Positions 25,556 through 32,000 of a stretch of 32,000 nucleotides of DNA are shown in pieces. Every line of letters starts with the position of its first letter. Positions within the stretch are counted from its first letter, which is position 1. The stretch covers positions 1,770,001 through 1,802,000 of the forward strand of contig OX638337.1 of NCBI GenBank assembly GCA_951812855.1, in the 5' to 3' direction. A model generated the notes under the pieces. The model did not search any database and was not told where the DNA came from. It saw only the letters and a program-made list of their open reading frames with translations. The position numbers and the translations under genes were made by a program. The DNA comes from an uncultured Lentisphaeria bacterium. GTDB lineage: Bacteria; Verrucomicrobiota; Lentisphaeria; JABSQK01; JAJFLO01.

Positions 25556-28417
25556 ATGATAAATAAATTAGAATCAGAATTAAAAAGAGAAATAGAAGGC
25601 GATGTCAAGTTTGATGTGTTTTCTCGCAATGCATACAGCATTGATGCATCAATCTATCAAATCCAACCTGTCGGCATCGTTTCGCCGAAATCAAAATTTG
25701 ACATTCTGACTGCCAATGAAATAGCTGAATCTCATAACATACCAATAATTTCCAGGGGAGCAGGAACCGGAATTACAGGAGGATGCCTGGGGAACGGGCT
25801 GATTTTAGACTTTTCAAAATACTTACATGACATCCAATCCATTGATCTTGACCGGCAGATCGTTGTTTGTCAGCCCGGCGTTGTACAAGACCAGTTAAAT
25901 AAAAGGCTTGGTGAGCATGGATTCCGGCTTGGACCTGATACATCGACAGGAAATCGAGCGACACTTGGCGGTATGCTCGCGAACAATTCTTCCGGTGCAC
26001 ATTCTATGCGATATGGCAAAATGGCAGATAGTGTCCTGGCGGCAGAAGTGATTCGATCTTCCGGTGCAATAAAACAGTGCGAAACAATAGACAAGTCAAT
26101 TGATAATGATTCAGAATTCGAATCGCAGCTGAAAGCCTATATCCAATCTGTAAGAGAAAACCTTGCCGGCGAAATAGAGAATACCTTTCCAAAAATCAGA
26201 AAACGTGTATCTGGATACAACCTTGATGAAATTATAAATACTGAAAACATAAATCTGGCAAAATTGATTGCCGGTTCAGAAGGAACTCTTGGGATTACAT
26301 CTGAAATTACACTTAAAATCTTTAGAAACCCAAATTTTTGCTCACTTTATGTCTTGGCATTTCATGATTTAGCAGATTGCCTCGATTTTATACCGGGCAT
26401 CTATGAATTTGATCCTTATTCGATTGAATTGATTGATGATAAAATCATAAAAAGTGGAAGACAAAGTCCAGCATTTAAGGGAAAACTAAATTGGTTAAAC
26501 GGAGCCCCCGGAGCTCTCCTGTTAGTTGAGTTTGATTCAGATTCAGAATCTGCTTTAAGCATTAAACGCAGCCAGTTCGAAAACTGTGTTACTAAATACA
26601 AAAGCTGTTATTATTTTTTCCAGGCTATAGACAGAACAACGATTAATAACGTTTGGCAGCTGAGAAAAACAGGATTAGGCCTCTTAATGGCAAAACGCTC
26701 GAATAACAGGGCAATCGCATTTCTGGAGGACATAACCATACCTCCTGAAAAGGTTAGTAATTTTATCAAAGAATTTCGCAATTATATAAGGGAGTTGGGA
26801 AAAGAATCAGGTATTTATGGCCATGCCGGCGAAGGGTGTATTCATTTTCGACCAATGCTGGACCTAAAACAGAAAACTGACACGGAACTTATGTTTCAAA
26901 TGTTCAATGATATCTCATCACTTGTAAAGAATTACGGGGGGACTTTAAGCGGTGAACATGGCGACGGGATTATACGTTCATGGTTAATTGAAAAAATGTT
27001 TGGAAAAAAGATTTATGATTCCTTTAGAGAATTAAAATTTATTTTCGATCCTGAAAATCGAATGAATCCCGGTAAAATTGTTAATCCTCTGGATCCAAAG
27101 AAAAATTTACGAACAAACCCGGATCAAATCTATATTGAACTCGATACGATTCAAGATTTTCAACGTGAAGGCGGGTTATCATTTGCAACAGAAATGTGCA
27201 ACGGCAATGGCGAATGCCGTAAAACCAATAGAGGTATTATGTGTCCATCGTTCCAGGTGACCGGTGATGAACGCGATACAACGCGTGCCAGAGCTCAAAG
27301 TCTTATGGCAGTTATTAAAGGAATTATTCCCAATCGTGAGTATACCGGGAAAAGTATGTACGACATAATGGACCTTTGTATCCAGTGTAAAGGTTGTAAA
27401 AAAGAATGTCCATCACAAGTGGATATGGCAAAAATGAAGTCTGAATTTCTACACCATTATTACACAGTACACGGACAGCCAATTCGTAACAGGATATTTG
27501 GAAACATTGATCGTATCAATCAAATTACTTCAGCAATGCCGAATCTGTCCAACTGGATATTAAATTCAAAATTAAACAAATTTGCGTTAAAAACAATCGG
27601 AATCCATCCAGCACGATCGCTTCCGAAATTGTGTAAACAGCCATTTTCTAAATGGTATAAAATCAATCACAAAACCAATGATACTGAAAATGGAAATTCT
27701 GTTGTTTTATTCATTGATACATTCACAGAATATAATCACCCTGAAATAGGTATCTCAGCCTACAACGTTTTCAAAAAATTGGGTAAAAATGTAATTATTC
27801 CACCGATTCAATGTTGTGGCCGACCACTTATTTCCAAGGGATTCCTGAACAAAGCAAAACGAAAAGCCGAACAACTTTATCTCAGCCTTGCCCCCTATGT
27901 GGAGAGAGGGTACGACATTATCGGGCTTGAACCCAGCTGTATTTTTACAATGCAGGATGACTATTTAAATTTGTTAAACCTCAATACTGACAAACTCGAT
28001 AAATTCAAAGCCGCATGTATCTCCATTGATTCATACCTTGATAAAATTCAAACGAAAAATTCAATTTCAAACTACTTTCGAAAATTGGATGATAAAATTA
28101 TATTCCATGGACATTGTCACCAAAAATCACTGGAAGGTTCAGAATCATCTATCCGGGTACTCAAGGGGTTGTTAAGAGCCGAAGTCGAAGAAATTAATTC
28201 CGGATGTTGCGGCATGGCCGGATCATTTGGATACGAAACCGAACATTATGATTTTTCTCAGAAAATTGCAGAATCAAGGTTGTTTCCCAGGATAAGATCA
28301 TGCAATAATAGCGATATACTTATTTCAAATGGAATATCGTGCAGACAACAAATAAAACATGGAACACATACTGAAGCAAAACACCTGATACAGATAGTTG
28401 AAGAGCATTTACGATGA
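25556..28417 (+). CDS. Fused FAD-linked oxidase / 4Fe-4S / CCG-domain oxidoreductase (YdiJ-like; D-2-hydroxyacid such as D-lactate or D-2-hydroxyglutarate dehydrogenase type)
   Basis: An N-terminal FAD_binding_4-type domain reads PIISRGAGTGITGG. The middle region has ferredoxin-type Cys clusters (CNGNGECRKTNRGIMCP and CIQCKGCKKECP). Two CCG motifs lie at the C-terminus (QCCGRPL and GCCGMAGSFG). The 953-aa length is comparable to E. coli YdiJ. Confidence 0.85.
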   Translation: MINKLESELKREIEGDVKFDVFSRNAYSIDASIYQIQPVGIVSPKSKFDILTANEIAESHNIPIISRGAGTGITGGCLGNGLILDFSKYLHDIQSIDLDRQIVVCQPGVVQDQLNKRLGEHGFRLGPDTSTGNRATLGGMLANNSSGAHSMRYGKMADSVLAAEVIRSSGAIKQCETIDKSIDNDSEFESQLKAYIQSVRENLAGEIENTFPKIRKRVSGYNLDEIINTENINLAKLIAGSEGTLGITSEITLKIFRNPNFCSLYVLAFHDLADCLDFIPGIYEFDPYSIELIDDKIIKSGRQSPAFKGKLNWLNGAPGALLLVEFDSDSESALSIKRSQFENCVTKYKSCYYFFQAIDRTTINNVWQLRKTGLGLLMAKRSNNRAIAFLEDITIPPEKVSNFIKEFRNYIRELGKESGIYGHAGEGCIHFRPMLDLKQKTDTELMFQMFNDISSLVKNYGGTLSGEHGDGIIRSWLIEKMFGKKIYDSFRELKFIFDPENRMNPGKIVNPLDPKKNLRTNPDQIYIELDTIQDFQREGGLSFATEMCNGNGECRKTNRGIMCPSFQVTGDERDTTRARAQSLMAVIKGIIPNREYTGKSMYDIMDLCIQCKGCKKECPSQVDMAKMKSEFLHHYYTVHGQPIRNRIFGNIDRINQITSAMPNLSNWILNSKLNKFALKTIGIHPARSLPKLCKQPFSKWYKINHKTNDTENGNSVVLFIDTFTEYNHPEIGISAYNVFKKLGKNVIIPPIQCCGRPLISKGFLNKAKRKAEQLYLSLAPYVERGYDIIGLEPSCIFTMQDDYLNLLNLNTDKLDKFKAACISIDSYLDKIQTKNSISNYFRKLDDKIIFHGHCHQKSLEGSESSIRVLKGLLRAEVEEINSGCCGMAGSFGYETEHYDFSQKIAESRLFPRIRSCNNSDILISNGISCRQQIKHGTHTEAKHLIQIVEEHLR

Positions 28418-28794
28418 ACACTCCAATTAATTTTCATACCAAACGTTTTAAGGTCTGTTTTTCACTGTCAATATTAGCACATTTGGTTTTGGGTCTGATT
28501 ATTTTTTTAAGTTTTAATCAAAATTCTGAAACAGTATCAGTACATAATAAGAGAGATGATTCTCAAAAATCAGGGAAAATTCAACACATTAAACCGTATG
28601 AAAATAAGATTGATTCACCTAACGAAAAATCCAGAAGTGCAAACGTCATTATTCATCACGTCAAACCGGGTCAGAGTTTTTGGAAAATTGCAAATAAATA
28701 TAATGTTGAGATTGAATCGATACTCCGGCTTAACAGTCTAAAATCCAATCATATTCTTAAAGTCGGGGAAAAAATAAAAATCCCGGTGAGATAA
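28414..28794 (+). CDS. Membrane-anchored LysM-domain protein
   Basis: The 126-aa ORF has an N-terminal TM helix (VCFSLSILAHLVLGLIIFLSF) and a C-terminal LysM domain (HHVKPGQSFWKIANKYNVEIESILRLNSLKSNHILKVGEKIKIP). Its ATG overlaps the upstream stop codon (ATGA at 28414-28417). Confidence 0.8.
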   Translation: MNTPINFHTKRFKVCFSLSILAHLVLGLIIFLSFNQNSETVSVHNKRDDSQKSGKIQHIKPYENKIDSPNEKSRSANVIIHHVKPGQSFWKIANKYNVEIESILRLNSLKSNHILKVGEKIKIPVR

Positions 28795-28870
28795 CCGATG
28801 GGATGTGTATGACGGCATAATTTTTAAGCAGACAACCAGTATTAATTATCAAATTTTAAAAGGCAGAATC

Positions 28871-29557
28871 ATGATAGATCTCGCAGCATATAAAAGAGAT
28901 TTTATCAAATTTTTAATTCAATCTAAAGTTCTTACATTTGGGAATTTTGTTACAAAAAGTGGACGTAAAACGCCATACTTCATAAATATTGGCAATATTT
29001 CAAGTGGCGAAAGCATTTATAGACTTGGAGAATTTTATGCCAGGGCTATTTACGAAGAACTCGGAACAGATTACGATAATTTATACGGACCCGCCTATAA
29101 AGGGATTCCGCTGGTCGTTGTCACTTCTGCATGCTTACATAATTTGTACTCCTGTAATGTCTCATTCACATTTAATCGAAAAGAAGCCAAGAGTCATGGT
29201 GAGAAGGGTATATTTATAGGACATCAGCCCCAGAAAAGCGATAAGGTTATTATCGTTGAAGATGTCATTACTGCAGGAACGTCAATCTATGAATCAGTGC
29301 CATTATTAAAAAAATCTGCAGAAATCGATCTAAAAGCAGTCGTTGTATCGGTCGATAGACAAGAAAAAGGGTCTACTGAAAATTCAGCGTTATCTGAAAT
29401 TTGCAAAACATTTGGAATCAAAACATTTGGAATCGTAACTGTGACAGAAATTATAGAATTTCTGTATGAAAACAAAATTGATGGTAAAGTCTACATCGAT
29501 AAGAATTCCATTTGTAAAATCAATGAATACAGAGAACAATACGGTGCGACTGGTTAA
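28871..29557 (+). CDS. pyrE: Orotate phosphoribosyltransferase
   Basis: The ORF shows LTFGNFVTKSGRKTPYFIN, GPAYKGIPL and the PRPP-binding loop VIIVEDVITAGTS. The track ORF begins at 28805. I use ATG 28871 (MIDLAAYKRDFIKFL...), which gives a typical 228-aa PyrE. Confidence 0.9.
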   Translation: MIDLAAYKRDFIKFLIQSKVLTFGNFVTKSGRKTPYFINIGNISSGESIYRLGEFYARAIYEELGTDYDNLYGPAYKGIPLVVVTSACLHNLYSCNVSFTFNRKEAKSHGEKGIFIGHQPQKSDKVIIVEDVITAGTSIYESVPLLKKSAEIDLKAVVVSVDRQEKGSTENSALSEICKTFGIKTFGIVTVTEIIEFLYENKIDGKVYIDKNSICKINEYREQYGATG

Positions 29558-29709
29558 TTCATAAAAGAAAATAACTAAACCTGCAAATTAAACTCTGATG
29601 CTATATGGAAGAAGTTAATAATGCAGTTGATTCTTAAAGAGTATTTTTATGGATTTATGAATTGGCATAAGGTGGTATTGCGATTGAGAATTTTCATAAT
29701 TTTATGATC

Positions 29710-29733
29710 ACGCACAAAAAATGCTGTGCGTTT
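29710..29733 (+). terminator. Possible intrinsic terminator downstream of pyrE
   Basis: A 7-bp stem ACGCACA (29710-29716) / TGTGCGT (29725-29731) has an 8-nt loop. The T run after it is short (TT), with a longer T run 10 nt further on. It lies about 150 nt after the pyrE stop codon, so the assignment is weak. Confidence 0.3.
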
Positions 29734-29892
29734 CGCATCCATTTTTTGATATTGTATGCGGCAGAACGTTAATATGATCGCCTTGGGTTGCCTTATCGTT
29801 TTTTAGGATCGACGAATTACATCTGGTACAAGATAACGACTGACCAGAGTAAGATGACAGGAAAATTTAAGGGAAAGAAAATGGCTGGAGAA

Positions 29893-30765
29893 TTATAACT
29901 CTTGCTTAACCGTTTTACCTATATCTGCAGGGGATTCGACGACATGAATGCCACATTCCTGCATTATTTCCATCTTTGCCGCTGCTGATTCATCTGCACC
30001 TCCGGCAATAGCACCTGCGTGTCCCATTCGTCTTCCAGGCGGTGCGGTTCTGCCGGCGATAAAACCGAAGACAGGTTTAGAAATATTATCCTTAACATAT
30101 CGAGCGGTTTCAATTTCCATTTGCCCGCCAATTTCACCAATGACAACGACTGCATCGGTATCATTATCTTTTTCAAACAGACCTAATAAATCGATCATAT
30201 CTGTTCCAATGACAGGATCCCCGCCAATCCCGATACAAGTAGACTGACCTAATCCTGCACTAACGAGTTGATGAACTGCTTCATACGTTAAGGTTCCAGA
30301 TTTCGAGATAACCCCGATTTTTCCTTTTTTTGCTATAAATCCAGGCATAATTCCTGCTTTTGCTTCCCCAGGAGTAAGTAGACCGGGGCAATTCGGGCCA
30401 ATGAGTCTGACGCCCTGCTGCTTAACATATTGGTGGGTCTCGACCATATCATTAACAGGTATTCCCTCGGTTATACAAATAATTAATTCAATTCCGGCGT
30501 AAGCTGCTTCCTTTATTGCATTCGCTGCAAATGATGCGGGTACAAAAATTATGCTGACATTTGCTCCTGTTTGTTGTTTGGCTTCAATGCACTGATTAAA
30601 AACGGGAAGTTTTTCATCAAAAACGGTTTGTCCGCCTTTTCCCGGTGTAACCCCACCGACAACATTTCCACCATAGTCAAGGCATTGTCTTGCGTGAAAT
30701 GACCCTTCTGAACCCGTGATACCCTGAACAATAATTCTTGAATCTTTATTAAGCAGTATTGACAT
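29893..30765 (-). CDS. sucD: Succinyl-CoA synthetase alpha subunit
   Basis: The 290-aa ORF shows [20 protein letters not shown] and the phosphohistidine loop GHAGAI ([11 protein letters not shown]). Confidence 0.95.
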   Translation of the reverse strand: MSILLNKDSRIIVQGITGSEGSFHARQCLDYGGNVVGGVTPGKGGQTVFDEKLPVFNQCIEAKQQTGANVSIIFVPASFAANAIKEAAYAGIELIICITEGIPVNDMVETHQYVKQQGVRLIGPNCPGLLTPGEAKAGIMPGFIAKKGKIGVISKSGTLTYEAVHQLVSAGLGQSTCIGIGGDPVIGTDMIDLLGLFEKDNDTDAVVVIGEIGGQMEIETARYVKDNISKPVFGFIAGRTAPPGRRMGHAGAIAGGADESAAAKMEIMQECGIHVVESPADIGKTVKQEL

Positions 30766-30779
30766 GATCTATACCCTGA

Positions 30780-31958
30780 CTATTTAGAAATTGCGACTTC
30801 AACTGTTTTCTCTGCGGCCTCGTCCAATGAACTTGCGGGAATTATTGCAACTCCGGAAGATGCGAGAATTTCCTTTGCTTCTGTTGCATTTGTTCCTTCC
30901 AGCCGAACGACAACAGGAACATTTAAATCCAACACTTTTACCGCTTCAACAATACCATTGGCAACGCGGTCACAACGAACAATTCCGCCAAAAATGTTAA
31001 TTAATACTGCGGTAACATTCTTATCAGATAAAATGATACGAAAACCGTTTTTTACTGTTTCTACATTTGCACCCCCTCCAACATCAAGGAAATTAGCGGG
31101 TTCTCCGCCTTTTAACTTTATGATATCCATGGCAGCCATTGCTAAACCGGCACCATTAACCATACAGCCCACGTTGCCATCGAGTTTTATGTAATTTAAA
31201 TTGAATTTTGATGCTTCAACATCAGCTGGATCTTCTTCGAAAATATCTCTCATTGTGTTGATGTTTTCCTGTCTGAACAAGGCATTGTCATCAAAATTAA
31301 ACTTTGCGTCAAGTGCAAAAATCCGGTCATCTTTCGTGAGTACAAGGGGATTTATTTCAGCGAGTGATACATCACTGTTCACATATGATTTGTATAGATC
31401 AGAAATTACCTTACACGCCTCCTTTAAAGCATGACCGGTTAATCCAAGACTGGCTGAAATCCGATAAGATTGAAAAGGCTGAAGCCCGAATATTGGATCG
31501 ATTCGTTCCTTAATTATTTTTTCAGGAGATGAATGGGCAAGTTCTTCAATTTCCATTCCACCTTCTGCAGATGCGATTATTATTGGTTGTGAACTGCTTC
31601 TGTCTAATGTAATTGCCAAATAATATTCTCTTGCAATATCTATTGCCTGTGTTATATACAATTTTCTTACAGTCTGTCCTTCACCCGATGTTTGAGGTGT
31701 TATTAATTGCATGCCCAATATTGATTTAGCATTGTCAACAGCCGAATTCAGGTCTGGTGAAAATTTAACTCCGCCACCTTTACCTCGGCCCCCTGCATGA
31801 ATTTGGGCTTTAACGACGACCGCGGCATTATTGGATTCCTTTTGAATTGTTTCGACGGTGGCTTTTACTTCGTCTAAATTATCAATCATATATCCAATTG
31901 GCACTGGAATACCATTTGATTTTAAAATTTCTGCGGCTTGATATTCATGGATCTTCAA
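30780..31958 (-). CDS. sucC: Succinyl-CoA synthetase beta subunit
   Basis: The 392-aa ORF shows MKIHEYQAAEILKSNGIPVP, an ATP-grasp region (VVVKAQIHAGGRGKGGGVKF) and GNVGCMVNGAGLAMA. It lies 14 nt upstream of sucD on the same strand. Confidence 0.95.
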   Translation of the reverse strand: MKIHEYQAAEILKSNGIPVPIGYMIDNLDEVKATVETIQKESNNAAVVVKAQIHAGGRGKGGGVKFSPDLNSAVDNAKSILGMQLITPQTSGEGQTVRKLYITQAIDIAREYYLAITLDRSSSQPIIIASAEGGMEIEELAHSSPEKIIKERIDPIFGLQPFQSYRISASLGLTGHALKEACKVISDLYKSYVNSDVSLAEINPLVLTKDDRIFALDAKFNFDDNALFRQENINTMRDIFEEDPADVEASKFNLNYIKLDGNVGCMVNGAGLAMAAMDIIKLKGGEPANFLDVGGGANVETVKNGFRIILSDKNVTAVLINIFGGIVRCDRVANGIVEAVKVLDLNVPVVVRLEGTNATEAKEILASSGVAIIPASSLDEAAEKTVEVAISK

Positions 31959-32000
31959 GATAAACCTCCATATACATAATGTGATTAAATTTATGCTTTT

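Noticed and set aside
28805-28870. An upstream start for pyrE lies at 28805.
   Set aside because: The extension would add 22 non-conserved residues. ATG 28871 gives a canonical-length OPRTase that begins with the usual helix.
29948-31434. Several plus-strand ORFs lie opposite sucD and sucC (for example 29948-30247, 30958-31194 and 31201-31434).
   Set aside because: They are antisense to highly conserved housekeeping genes. Their Pro/Ser/Ala-rich translations are typical of reverse-frame artefacts.
1-32000. I looked for CRISPR arrays, tRNA/rRNA genes and prophage structural genes.
   Set aside because: I saw no regularly spaced direct repeats, no tRNA-like T-arm (GGTTCGAATCC-type) motifs, no rRNA-like conserved stretches, and no capsid, tail or terminase-like translations in the ORF track.

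Overview
This is an AT-rich bacterial chromosomal window (roughly 35-40% GC by eye); I cannot assign a taxon. Both flanks are housekeeping genes: asd (partial), valS, lepA-lepB, pyrE, sucDC, a YdiJ-like FAD/Fe-S oxidoreductase and yqgE/algH. The centre (5589-16223, all minus strand) holds the most interesting content. It is a co-directional block encoding a 1996-aa membrane receptor with two Ser/Thr kinase domains and a large carbohydrate-binding-type ectodomain. With it are a membrane PP2C phosphatase whose ectodomain resembles one kinase ectodomain module, and an FHA-domain sigma-54 enhancer-binding protein. I read this as a phospho-Ser/Thr route from the cell envelope to sigma-54 transcription. 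A 1.3-kb restriction-modification cassette (phage-Dam-like N6-adenine methyltransferase plus a PD-(D/E)XK nuclease) lies between the kinase and phosphatase genes. It has no transposase but is bounded by 22-25 bp terminal inverted repeats and a perfect 7-bp direct repeat (TAATTTT), which looks like a transposition footprint. Other accessory content includes a GC-rich group II intron maturase remnant, an internally deleted IS5-family transposase remnant and a lipoprotein gene split across two frames. There is also a cluster of Fur-box-like palindromes upstream of a small secreted protein, and a GC-enriched self-complementary intergenic island that may be a small RNA. I recognised no rRNA, tRNA or CRISPR array. 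All product calls come from motif reading of the supplied translations; no database search was run.
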